NCBI GenBank assembly: GCA_051362555.1
Contig: CM120640.1
Location: forward strand, 9,052,001 to 9,116,000
DNA from: Lingula anatina
Lineage: Eukaryota > Animalia > Brachiopoda
Direction of reading: 5' to 3'
DNA length: 64,000 nt
A program made the position numbers and the translations under genes. The notes under the pieces were generated by a model. It was not told where the DNA came from, ran no database searches, and saw only the letters and a program-made list of their open reading frames with translations. Below are positions 13,001-25,300 of this stretch, in pieces. Numbering within the stretch: position 1 is the stretch's first letter; each line of letters opens with the position of its first letter.

Positions 13001-13554
13001 CACTGAAACATAGAACAATGGAGCTATGAAATATAGTAGGTCCTATACTTTATTCCCCATGGTGGTCAACGGTTCGTGTGGTTTTTCCATCGACTTCTCA
13101 GCATTAAATGCCAACAGAAAGAGCAAAACAATAATACGTTGATTTATAGGTGGTGACCAGCCTTGGAATTTTTTCTTAAGCCGTGCATTACGATACATAT
13201 ATATTTAGTAGATCTAAAAACATTGCGAGAAAGCAATATATCTGATACTACTTGTGTGTATATAACTGATTACTGACTGATATTACCCAATGATAGCACA
13301 CTAGCTCGAAAAGGTTATTGCACATCATCTCCCGAGATCGATTAGATTAAGGCGTACGGTATCGTCTACTTTCTGGACAAAATATGCTCTTGTTTCATCA
13401 AAACCTTGCTGTTTAAGAATGTTCAAAAAGTGTTGCAGCTCCTGTGTGAAAGAATAAATACTCACTCTGCTCCTTGAGCAAGGACGAGCGCCCATACTGT
13501 CATGCAATGGATAAAGAGCAGATTTAGCAGCATAGTGGTTCCCCAGGTCGCCAT
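7023..13554 (-). CDS. Gene C: AChBP-like protein (259 aa) lacking loop C cysteines, with a putative C-terminal GPI-anchor signal; exons 13554-13466, 13002-12831, 12416-12307, 12043-11954, 8668-8439, 7111-7023
   Basis: MATWGTTMLLNLLFIHCMTVWALVLAQGAD|EARLKVSLFLSRGYSKGVIPSENPEAPLQVTLSLKLIKILDFDVKRQYISFVAWQTM|MWKADNLQWTPASFNDVSRIAVAASQIWVPDIQLMNA|AAPTEDITTNTNVRLANNGEVIYVPSKKYT|ASCATDLNDEVHECKLKFASWVYPGDQLDLVGDDLDLTEYSADMEWKLLNATTVRNANKTIPDITYTLKLSRDRSA|DAGPVSLGASHIITWQLWILVALALASQQ*. All introns are GT-AG and the exons sum to 780 bp in frame. Exons 1-5 are high confidence; the last exon is inferred from its acceptor (tttctctcaatttcag) and phase match. Confidence 0.85.
8906..9079. mobile_element. 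Small foldback/MITE-like element with 15-bp subterminal repeats in inverted orientation and an 8-bp TSD
   Basis: The left arm GGGGCCGTAGCGATAGTCCGAAGGTTCA... mirrors the right arm ...TGAACCTTCGGACTATCGAGACGCCCCC. The unit (T/A)GGTCCGAAGGTTCA occurs about 3 times per arm. The direct repeat ATTTTCCC flanks it at 8898-8905 and 9080-9087. Confidence 0.8.
9180..11610 (+). mobile_element. Probable degraded DNA-transposon remnant (Kolobok-like transposase fragment); boundaries uncertain
   Basis: 10150-10242 reads VMTDRSCPRHPSFLMLCDIEHHLNLWHTLKG, resembling the TDRH...H-x-F-D-x-W-H-x-x-K-G motif of Kolobok-type transposases, with stops upstream. CpG-rich flanks surround a CpG-free core. No convincing TIR pair was found. 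Confidence 0.3.
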
Positions 13555-14165
13555 CTTGCGAGATCAATTCTACGCTAATGAGAAAGGGGCGGTATACGCA
13601 TGGCATGCAATTTATGGGTTGAGTTCGGAATATATATATATTGGTTGTGGAATTTGGAAACACATTTGGAAAGGATGCTAAGCTACAAGTTGAATATCAG
13701 GACATTCTTTTCAATGCAGTGAGGTTTTGTAATATGCGTTAAACTAGGTTTATTTACACTGGCCGAGTATTTGTGAAATGCGCCGTTTCCGTTCTTTCTT
13801 TCTTTTTTTTTTTTTTTTTTAGACATTGATTTACACTCTTCCAGCTGTTTTTTATTATAAACAGAAGATAATAAGGTTTTGCTGTTGCCTCTTGTAGAAG
13901 CTGTTTAGGCATCTTAGAAGGTCTATATCATGCTTACACCTATATTCAAAATAAACAATACCTTTACCCTTCACTTGCTTGTTAGGGTAGACTATTTTAT
14001 ATATTGGGCAGAAAAGATGTTATTTTTATCAACTTAGAAACTTTGGTCTCGACTACGCAAGCTGTAAAATGTTCTCTGTACTTTGCCAACACAACTCGAA
14101 ATGAAAATGAGAATGAGACCAATCAGCGCTCATTATCGTTTCTCTTCTCTCTTTCTCTCTCTCTC

Positions 14166-14203
14166 TATGTATGTATGTATGTATGTATGTATGTATGTAT
14201 GTA
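14166..14203. repeat. (TATG)n microsatellite
   Basis: About 9 TATG units following a CT-rich tract. Confidence 0.9.
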
Positions 14204-14922
14204 TAATAAGAAAATGGACCTTAGGTTTACATTTAACATGACATACACCGTGTTTTTGCATGGTCAAATAAAATGTACTACGTGTTTGGTCTCTGCAAAC
14301 TGCTGATGCAATTTGGTTAGTCTAGTTGTTATTTAACCAAACATTATTAAATAAGTTCATTTTATCAGGGAAAATACAGACCTCGACCAACAATTTCAGA
14401 GGGTTTAGCAGGCCTTGGTTGAGCATTACATTTGCAATATTCCTTTTATTAAATCAGTCCCTCTACAGCGTCAAACTATTACTCTCGATATATGAAGTAT
14501 AATGAAAAAAAATCATATAAACTGTCGCTTATTGACCTAACGTTGATAACTGAATGCACTACGCAGAACTTTTTATTGCGTAAGATGTACGACGATTATC
14601 ATTACTAGGCTTTCCTTTATATTCCAACTGCTAGGGTATAAACCTTGTCGTCAACCATTTTACCCACGCGTCTATTATCGTCAAGTAATGACTTTCATAA
14701 AAAACCACTGCAGTATTTAATGTATTTCTAGAAGAGATTTATAGCAGTGTTGAATACACGCCTATAAACGAGCGAGACCCACCTTTCAATACAAAGCTTT
14801 GCTAACCACATTAGAGCAGTGATTTTCATTATGTTACTGTCAATATTTTCCTCGAGTATTTAAGAAATAGACTCTTTAGTTTTTTCAGTCAAGTAATCTT
14901 TTTGGCTGTGGCAAAAAAGTTA

Positions 14923-17249
14923 TTATTTTTCGTCTTTGACACGAAGATTGAGAGTATACTGGACATCGACATAAGGTTCCGGGCAACAGGCATAGTACTT
15001 TACTACCCGCGTTGCGTTGGCGCTGATCAGGTCCAGGAAGTGACTTTCCACGTAGTCAGTAGTGTCCACGTAAGGGAAGGTTTGGTTTTTGTCCATGTCG
15101 TCCAGCACAAGGTCAAGCTCATCGCCACTGTATATCCAGGACCCGAATTTTAGATTGCATTGGTGGACAGTGGAGGAAGATGCAGCATCACAAATAGCAC
15201 TTAAATTGGAAGAAGAAATGTTTGGCTTAATATCTGCCCGAGCTTATCAAACTAATAAAATAGCCATAGACTTGAAGTGTAAAACACAATAAAGCACCAA
15301 TTATTATGACTGTACATTATCATGAGAAACTAACTTCATGAAATTCTGTCAAAATGAATTTTGAGATTTATACTGTAGGGCCTATACATATATTAGTAGA
15401 ATCAATCTATACTACAAAATGTTCCATTAAATTCCACTTGCTACAGTTCTGAACTACTATTCTCAATACCTGTATATTTTGCTGGACTTGTAAACCACGT
15501 GTCCATCATGTGAAACCGTGGCAAGAGCATTCACTACATCTCTTGTTGGAGCCATTCTAAAAAAGAAATCGGGGATCACAGATTCGATGGCAGATTTATT
15601 TTGCAAGTAAAAATAAAAAACAAAATAAACAGAACTTGCCATGATTCAAACGTCAGAAGATAGAAAATGTGATTTTCAAGCTATGAATTCCGAGGCACGG
15701 AATAAAAAACCTAGCTATTTGGAAGTTTTTGTGGGCCATGAAAAGAGAGGATATAAAAAGTGATAGCATCATGTCAGATGAAGTATAAGCTGATATACAT
15801 CTTCATTTGTCTGAATTATTGTTAACATTTCAAATAAAAGAATGCTCGCGAAACAATAATAAATGAAAATAAAAAGAGATGTGCTTTCGTGCTACTACAG
15901 TATGACATAAATTGTACTATAACTGTCTTTCACAAAGCCTACAAATGTCAAACACATCTTAAAATATAATCTTTTACCATTCAAAGGGCAAAACGAATCC
16001 TCCAAGATACCTCCTGTCGTTCTTTATACTCCTATAAACTTACAGAGAAAATCATTGGGAGGAAAATGAATTACTGTAGCAAGCACTCTGTGCAAGATCT
16101 ATGTGTCTCACATAGATCAGGGAATTATATCGGATATAATTCCCTGCATAGATGCAGCATCAAACACTCACGCGTTGTACAGTACGATGTCTGGTAACCA
16201 TAACTTGTCTGCGTTCACATAAATTGTATCGGCATTTTTGTAAGATGGTGGATACCACTGTAATCTGTAGTCAATCCAGGTCTGAATAAATAAATAAATT
16301 GATTAATAAATAAATGCAGTCAATAAGAATAACAGCAGCATTTTGAATTCCATGCACTGTATAATCTAAGGACATAGGCGACTGCATACTTGTGAGCCTC
16401 ATGAAATAATGAAGAAAAACTTTAGCCCGAAGACTCATCAAACTTTGGTGTGAGCTATATGAGCCCTATCTGTTTGAAAAGCCAGCAATACACTAGATTC
16501 AACTGGTTCTATATATAAATTTATTGATTGCTTGGATTGGTCTTGGGAAATAATTAAAAGGATTGCTTTAGTTTAAAAGAAACATACCAATTTTAACACC
16601 GCGTTTATTTTAAGTGCCCCCTTCTTAGGATCAAAATCGATGCTGCGGAGACCCAGACTCAGTGTAACCTCAGCCGGCTCTGTTGCAGTCTTTGAGGGAC
16701 GGACATCCTTGAAGTAGTCTTGAAGTAAATCTGCATAAAGGGAAGTTATACTGAAAAGAAAGGAAAAATTATAAAACCTGTATATGCCCGTGAAAGTGTG
16801 ATTTTCCGAGCAGTAAACGAGTCAAACAAATAAAATAGTTACTGTCATATGAGAAATCTTAGGTGGTGGAAGAGAAAGATGCCGTTACAAGTCTGCTGTT
16901 GGAAAAGAGATTTCATTCCTAGCCTGTCAAAAAATGAAGAAATTATCAAAAAGGCAATTGGCATTTCCCTAACACATTACACGTACTCGGTACCTCATAG
17001 TAACGTTCAAGTATTTGAACTTCGCATTGTATATACACTGCAGTATGTAGCTTGGTTTGTGAATAAGTGAAGGATTTTGAAGCCAACTCCAGACTTGCAT
17101 TGCACGGACATTGCGTTCCATGCGTTTATATCGAGCCACATAAAACAAACTACTAGTGAACTATAGAGTAAAACTACTTACTCTCCACCTTGCACTACTA
17201 CTGCCGCAACTGCACTCCAGGAGACGAAACACCACAGCCATGCCGCCAT
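14923..17249 (-). CDS. AChBP: Gene B: secreted acetylcholine-binding protein (AChBP)-like, 234 aa; exons 17249-17182, 16750-16588, 16281-16172, 15556-15470, 15199-14923
   Basis: MAAWLWCFVSWSAVAAVVVQGGD|ITSLYADLLQDYFKDVRPSKTATEPAEVTLSLGLRSIDFDPKKGALKINAVLKL|TWIDYRLQWYPPSYKNADTIYVNADKLWLPDIVLYNA|MAPTRDVVNALATVSHDGHVVYKSSKIYS|AICDAASSSTVHQCNLKFGSWIYSGDELDLVLDDMDKNQTFPYVDTTDYVESHFLDLISANATRVVKYYACCPEPYVDVQYTLNLRVKDEK*. It has a signal peptide, loops A (YN), B (SW) and C (YxCCPEPY), and a stop right after beta10 with no M1-M4. Exons sum to 705 bp in frame. The symbol is family-level only. Confidence 0.93.
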
Positions 17250-19044
17250 TTTGAAGCAATATCCATATACTGTATTCAGGGATCAGATGGTTGTTTATTT
17301 TACAGTTTGACTAACGAAATTATTAATCAAATTAAAACAAAAGACAGACGAATTTTCAGTTCTTGCAGTGGACGTTATTTTAATTAACACTGCATACTTA
17401 TTAATTACCTATTCATAACGCAATATGAATTTGCCATTTTGATACGGCCCCTACTGGAAACGAAAACACCTGTTTATTTTTCGTCTGCAGACCTACTAAC
17501 CGGCTATTAACAACACCCCGATCCGACGCTACCTCTGAAACCGCCTTGCGCTCATTAGATCTTGAACCTTTAGGGAGTTAAGAATAATGATATGATATTT
17601 TGAAAGCAGACTGAAACTGTTTTTGCCAGCTCTTTAGACACGCCTTTTATTAGCATTATAAGCTCAATCTTAATTGGCGACATGGTAGGAAGCCTAAACC
17701 ATACATTTTGCTTCGACTGGTTTTCTTGGTGTGTTCAGTGAATATATATAGATAGATAGATAAAATTAAAACTGGCAGATTCGGCTTTGTATTAAAGAGG
17801 GGAAGAACTCATGTGTAGGCGTGAGCATAACACGGAAATTAAAATAAATGGTGTTATAACAACTAAACGACGTTTGCTCTTCAGAATATCCTAAATATCC
17901 CATGCAAAATGTTTTGTACTGCTGTACGCTACCTGCTAGAGAATACGATAAAGGAACTCCACAGTAAAGTTAACAATGGGTTTATTCTACAACATGAACT
18001 AAGGTTCAGTTCAGTTCAATCCCACTCGGACTTGCAGGCTATTAACTGTACTTGTTGAACGAAAAGCGCTTTCTCTGAGAAATCTAAAAGTGCATCCATC
18101 CATGAACCCAATACTACCAGTATTTTCGTTAAACCAAAACGATACAACTTGGCTTACTTTCTTTCCTTGAGAACTACCTTTCAAGAGAACTCCTGTTGAC
18201 AGATCCCAAGGCAGCAACACGTTTTTCGCACTCAGTAATTGAAGTTTCGGCCTTTTTTTTTATACAGACACCTTTATTTGTATCCTCGACCCGAGTCAAT
18301 CATCAACTATAGACAGGTAAAAAGAGGAAAAAGAGGGAAAACCTTAACAACTGACACGACCTAGGATAGAAGTGATGCCGTCTACTTGTTTTTATATCCA
18401 GAATACCGGATATAAGGCCTATAATTGTGTTTTGCAGGGCTTTAACCAAGGCATGAGCCGAAAGCTCTCGCACATTGTTATTTTTGTGCCTTCTGATACC
18501 ACAGGGATCTCTAGAAAAGTTTACAAAATTGAAGAATGCTAGCTAGCGGACCCCGTGTTCAGGAAGTATTATTTCTGTTTAACGGAAAATAGTCATAAGG
18601 AAAGCTTGGGGTTATTACATGAGCATAAAACACCAGACCTACCAATATCTTTTATTGTATGATTGGTCACTCAGTGTTTGAATAAAAGCTTTACATTCGT
18701 AGGTTGTGCTAGAGAAGCACATTCTGATGTTCACGAAGGATAATTGGTAATGGTGGATGTGGTAGCTGTGACAAGGATCACCTAACACATTAGCGCAGGC
18801 GGCTGCAACCTACTCGGTATCAATTTATTGTCTGAAAGATATGAAATAAGGAGTAGCACACAATGCTTTAGTTTACCTAGTATCCCCAAGCATTTGGATC
18901 GAGTATCATGCATCTCACTGAAGACGAAGAGTCGCGTATACAATGAAAAACATGAAATATTCAAGTCTAATGGCTATTATTTGTGTGTATTTGGGATTCA
19001 GTTTCACTACACTGGGTCCAAATTAAGGTTTCAATCATCATCTA

Positions 19045-19090
19045 AAGCCAATATTGGTGAACAAAAATGCCAATAGAGGGCGCTCTTCTG
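19045..19090 (+). promoter_or_regulatory. Putative promoter elements of the plus-strand gene: two CCAAT boxes and a CTCF-like motif (CCAATAGAGGGCGC, 19070-19083)
   Basis: The motifs sit about 200 bp upstream of the putative ATG at 19274 in a CpG-rich patch; motif match only. Confidence 0.35.
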
Positions 19091-19273
19091 AAATTGACAA
19101 GTTGCAGTCTAGGAGCTATCGAGCTGGGCGCATCTTGACAAGGTCAGAGGGTATCTCGAGCGCCCGCATCATTCGGGCAGCGACTTAGGTTGATGTGTTG
19201 AGGAATCTTGTGGCTATCAAAGGAATTAACATTTATTGAAAACACGAAATATAATTGTAAGTTAGCGGATGTG

Positions 19274-19343
19274 ATGCAGAAAAGAACTGCAATGAACTGG
19301 CGGCGCCCAGTACCCCGCATCGCAGTGATGTTTACAGTAGTAG
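19274..19343 (+). CDS. Putative first coding exon of an unidentified secreted/membrane protein gene (MQKRTAMNWRRPVPRIAVMFTVV-)
   Basis: ATG in a CpG-rich promoter-like region, basic n-region followed by a hydrophobic stretch, and a strong phase-1 donor G|GTAAGA at 19343/19344. An alternative ATG lies at 19292. Confidence 0.6.
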
Positions 19344-22300
19344 GTAAGATGCATTATCAGATTGTTTTGAAGTTGCGACGTATTATTACTTACCGTCTTT
19401 TAGTTTCACTGAAATATGCCTTTTAATGAATGATTGTTGTTAGCTCAATGATGTACCACTGGTTACATTATCATACAGTATGTTATTATGGGGATTGTAA
19501 TAATTCACTCCAAAAATTTGACATCTTGCTAGATCTATGTCGTCTGGAGAGGAGCCGGCACTTTTGTCTGACAGTCAGTAACGTTAGTAACATGTTGAAC
19601 TTGTAAGGATGTTACCGAAGTGGAAAAAAAAGCTGACTAAAACGAAATTAACTTTTTTGATGAATTAAATCGCATGAAATAATGTATTTTGCTGTTGTAG
19701 ACAAGTTGCAAAACAGTAAGGTTTTAGTTATAACACAAAATGTATTCTATTGCATGCGACATGGATGTCTCAACTTGTCCCACATGTTCATTGATTTGAG
19801 AACTTAAAGGTACAAAGATCTGTGAATAAGTTGGTGATCACATTGTGCACTAGAATATGTGGTCTCCTGGTCTGTTCTGTGGCTTCATACACAGTGGATG
19901 TCAGTGTGTCTAATGTTAACCCAAAACGAAAAGAAAACATTCACTTGCCGTGAAGGATTTGCATTACCTCTGAATAAGTTAAGCGCCTGGGGTTAAATCA
20001 AGCACAGACTAGACTGTGTTCAAATATGAAAAATAATATCACTGAAGTAATACAGAGGTAGGAATCTGTGCCTTAGAAATTTAAAGAACGTTTGAACTTT
20101 TCAACAATGCCTGATTAGTGTGCTTGACCTAACACATGGATATTTCATTGGATTGGGATTGTGCTTATCTTAAGTGGAAATTATTGAAAACATTGTATAC
20201 TTCATTAGGTTGTGTGATTGGGAAGATTAATCTAATCAATGATATCACACTTGGCTTTAGATGTGACTACATTGTATAAGATTGCTAAGGTAAAAGTAAT
20301 CAGCACAGCTTACCAGTTTTAAATACACGATAATTGGTGATTTCATTTATTACAGATCATGTATTTCTTTCAATGAAGTTTCACACTATGGAAAGTTTGA
20401 GTAAACGTATACTCCCTAGGTGAATGTTTTAATTATTTGTAATTATTGTGTTCATATCATTGGTTAAGTGCTGTGAAGTGCCTGTCCTAGCTAAGGTTTT
20501 TGGACAGTCTGATTGGATTCTGGATTTGTTATAGATTAGTCTAGATTTTTGACATTGTTTGAGTTAGCAGTTCTAAGCTGTCAGTCAATATTGGCTCGGA
20601 ATAAAGGTAGAAGGAGAGAAAGGAGATTAATACCACAGGCCTATAAGCCAGTTAATTGCCTGCCAGTTTCTTTTTAGATAAAAGAACAGACCTTTCTTTA
20701 TTTTTCTTCAACCCTAGAACTTCACGGTGTACTTTCTCTGGTGTGTTTATTTGAATTGACAGTTCTTGTCATGATGGTGTAATGAAAACCATGTGCATGG
20801 CCAATGTAGGTTTTTGTGAGGAAAATTACCTTACAAGCAGAGGAATTCTAATGCCTGTTAAATTTATTTTTAACCAATACATAGTGTCAGGACACCTGGT
20901 GGGACAGAGGACAAAGTCATCTTATTGACTAAACCATTATTGAAAAATAATACAGTTGTAGTAGACAATAAAGTAAGAATAGAATATGCATAATCTGCAT
21001 ATTACAATACACAACAGAATGTAAGGCTGATGATATATGATGGTTCAATTCTTATTTAAATTTCTTGAAAAATCATTGGGGGATCAGGATCATTATTTAT
21101 CATTTATTTTTTTAATAGGGATACATGTAGTCAGGGAAGAGGATCAGAATGAAAATATAGCCAAGTCGGGGAGATGAAAACTTGTGTTACAATTTAGTTG
21201 TCCAAAATAAGTACATGAAAAAAGTACATAAAAGTCTGTATACATGTCCATATATTGTTTTTGGTGTTTGTGCCATGTAACTGATCTCAGGTGCTTCCTT
21301 TTCCATGAATATTATTGAAATATCAGGACTCTTCAACTCTGGTGTGAAATCAAAACAGCTTGTTCCAAATATTTTCTTTTTATGTTGAGAGAATTTCACA
21401 TCAATTCACTCCGTGGCTCTATTTGCAGTTTTCATTTAATTTAGAAACCTTCCAAATGCAAAATAATTTCATTGATTCAATTTTGGGATTTCAAAAAAGC
21501 ATCCACTGTGTCAAGAATATTGATTTGAGGTTTTTGCTGAAAAAAATCAACACCGAAGAGGACAGAATAAAAAAAAAAATTGGGGAAAAAATTCTTCTGG
21601 CATTTTAGATGCAACTCTTCAGTTGGTAGATGAAAAAACGTACTTCTAATCTATTTTTATTTCCTCTAGTGGAAATTGTGTACAATGAACTGTGTATGTT
21701 ACACGAGGTGCAGAAAGATGAGTGTGACAGTGAGTGAAAAGTTTATGTGAACTTGTGAGTTGCAGCAGTCTAATGTATGGGAGCAGGCTCCTTTGTACTC
21801 CTATCCCTGTGGTATCACAAGATCTAGGGATTTGTAACTATACCTGCCATTTCCTATTACAGATCAGTCAGAGAAATAACACAAACTTCTCTAATTCTTT
21901 TCTGCATTTCTAGAGCTTTGATTTTTTTCTTGCTTTTAAATCACACAATGGAATGAAAATTGGAAATTTTACACCCCTCCTCATCTCCCCTTTATCTTTG
22001 CTTGATAATCTGGCAAGGGATATAGTGTGCATGGTTTTGGGGGCTTAGAGAGCCAAGGAGTTTATTTTTTTGTGAATGGTGTCAAGACTTAACTGGTTGG
22101 TGACCCAGCCTCAAGGTTGACTCAGGTTTGTGGCTGACAGGGCAGACATTATTAACCCTTGCAGGGTCCATTTCAAAGGATTGGCAAGTTTCCATAATAC
22201 TCCCATTCCCGTTTCCAATTTGGGGAGGTGATTGCAAGTTTTCCCTTCCATTTCTACATAGTATTACTGGGCTTGTGCTAAAATTATTTTAGATTAACCA

Positions 22301-25300
22301 AACAGTTACTTTTTTTCATCAATGAATGGCAGTCAAAAAGAATATTATTCGTGTAAAAAATCCTTTAACAAAGTAGATATATTTTAGCCAGTAGCTAAAA
22401 ATTAACATGCCAATGTGAGTTTAGGTATGAGACCCTGGTCCTGCATGTTGCAATGTATAGATCTATACCCACGCAGCCTTAGTAGATGTATGGAAGCATT
22501 GATTAGTTAAGTATCCCTTTAATAGAGTTAAAAGAAGGGTTTCACAGTTACCTTACAGAGCTGTTGTTATCGACCAAGTAATGGATGACCACTGCTAGGT
22601 GGTCAAAGCAAACCCCCCTAAGTATTATTACTGCACATTTCACTATCCACCCCAGCGTATTTAGTGTTGTTCTTGTGAGGTGATTCATATGTATATTTAA
22701 TTATACAGTTTGTGGATTACTTGCTTTTGTACAGAAGAAGGCACTTAGTAGGAGTTAGTTCTCATTGTTTGTGCTTTTATTTGTTATATTTAGTTTAAGA
22801 CCAAATTGGTCGAAGGACTTAAGTCAGGATTTAGTCTTCATCTGCTGTTAATGTATTTACATTTATATGTCTTATGCCTTTCGACGGAAAGATTTGCATA
22901 AGTTGACTGTATTGTGTTGGTTGTAAGCAGCTTGCACCTTAATGAATATATTGTTGACCTTTCCTATAGAATATAAAACAAAGTAAACACTTGGGACATA
23001 GACTCTCACCTTCCACAAGCTGTGACTGGAACAAAGGCTGGTAGGATAATCAGTTAGTGAGTCATTAGAGACAGACACTTCTCATTCCAGCACCTGAGAA
23101 TGGGAGAAAAATATCGAACTCTACTAAATTGATATCTAGCGTGTCTCACTTCCACTTCCCCTGGTTTGATTGGTTAGAAGTGTACCACCATTGGTCGTTG
23201 AGGGAATTGCTGATGGTTCAATCCATCAGGCTGGGTGGATTTGAAATAAAGGATGTCAAACAGTAGTAACAGGGGCTTAACTATGATTGTAGCTCTTTTA
23301 TTTCATAGGTACACTCTGACTAAAAGCTATTAGCAGCTCAAACCAGACAGTGCTTTTTTTCCTCCTTTTTTCTTTTTTTGGGTTTATTCAAACTAGGGAA
23401 ACTAGACCCTGTATCAGTACTTAACATGAAGGTGTGTTTGACAATAGGGGAAAACACTAAGTATCTGTAAACAGCATGCACAGTTTCAGGCAGTGGCCAC
23501 CCATTTGAACTAATTCATTCCCCTCCACTTCTATTGTGGTCCAACCTGGTGTATTTGGCCCACACTATTGTGGTAAAGGTGTATAAAAGGGCACACCTTT
23601 GACCAAGCCTTTCTAAGGAAATAGCCCAAAGGGGCAAAAGGTGTTTTTCAGTTCTACAGGATATGCATTCACCCAAGAGTCATTAATTCTAAGCATTGCC
23701 TATTATTTCACCCAGTTTGATCAACCTGAAAAGAACAATAGTTTTGAGAAGTCTTGTTTTGTGTATGTGTGGCAGCTTAATTGTTACTGTTAGCGCCTTG
23801 AGATGATATCCAGATTTAACAAGATTAAAGTCACCAACGCTGAAGATTTTGGTCTTTAACCCAGTGCTTTTTATTTTATTGAAGTGTGATCAGGTGGATC
23901 CAGGGCCCCAATATGAAGTCTGATATTTCAGCCATGTATGGACTACATGTTTCCATGGGATAACATATGGTATCTGCCACAGGGGATCTTTACTATAAAA
24001 AAATTGGGGAAAATCTGACAACAAATTTGATGGTTCTATGTTTGACAGCTCAGTAGGTTTTTGCTCCAGAACAGACAGGTGTTTATACCCGCACTGCTAT
24101 GAGAAAACAATAGCGCAGACGTGTGCTCTGTCATTAACATGTACAATTCCATCTCCCCCTAGGGTTACATGGAAATTGTGGCCTTTATGTCACCATTTCC
24201 GCAGAGCTTCAATTCTGTAGATAAAGAAAACATATCTTTTCTCCATCAGGTTGCTGCTCTTGGTGTTTGATGGTTGTTGTGCAATGGTTAGACTTTCCCA
24301 AGGCAAAACACTGTTTATCTTGTCGCACCTTTAAGTACCAGTCCTTGTTCTATGGTCATTATTTCCAATAAAATCAGTAGTCTTAATTTCTTCATTTGAT
24401 TAACCCTTAGAGCAGTAAGGCAGATTTTCTTTATTCCACCTTTCTATGGTCCATTTGGCCCTGGTGTTAATGACATAACAGACTTTCCAGTGACAGAAGG
24501 AACATTGGCTGTCTAGACAAGCTTTGATTTTTAGTTCATGTAATCCCTGCTGTTTGCTCCCAGAATGCTGAAGGCAGTGTATTTTGGACAGTTCTCAGTA
24601 AACAACTTGGTAACATTAGAATGGACTTGGATATCAGTATAATCAGTATTTTTAAGCTCTTCAGATATAAATATATATATATTTTTATATGTGTGGAATT
24701 TTGAGAATTTGCTTATTCTTGCTTGAAGCTTTTATCAAATTTCCTGTTTTTAAGTGATGTTTATACCAATGGATTAACAAATAAACCATAGATTTAGACT
24801 TTGAAAGCAGTGTTTCATTTGTAAAATTAGTATGTTTACTAAGAAGCAGTGGTCATATTAACTTTTGCTGTCACCCGCATACCTCCCTTTAGAGTATTTT
24901 TTATCTTAACCTAAAGTAAACAAAATTCCCACTCCTATGAAATTTAACTTTCACTTCTTTGCTGACAAGCGATCTAAAAGTTTTCAAGATTAAGGAGATT
25001 GGTTAAAGTTTGGTGTTTTCTTTAAATTTCCAAACAGTTGACATGGTACAGACGTGAAGCAGTGCAATGACATACTAGAAGAAAAAACATTTTGATCTCA
25101 CATAATAATGGCTTATCATAATCAGTTTGCCTTAACATTTTTGCTCTTTCCAGGCATCATAATTGGCAATTACTAAAGAATTACAGGGTTTTTTCCCCTT
25201 GTGGTCTCTTGAAAAATTTGACCTCATAATTGCAAAGACGTTTAAGTTTTAAAAAGCAACCTGTAGAAAAAAGGAAGAATTGTGTGCAGTGAGTGAAAAA

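Noticed and set aside
13325-13663. 112-aa minus-strand ORF over the start of gene C
   Set aside because: Wrong frame; the signal-peptide exon is 13554-13466 in another frame.
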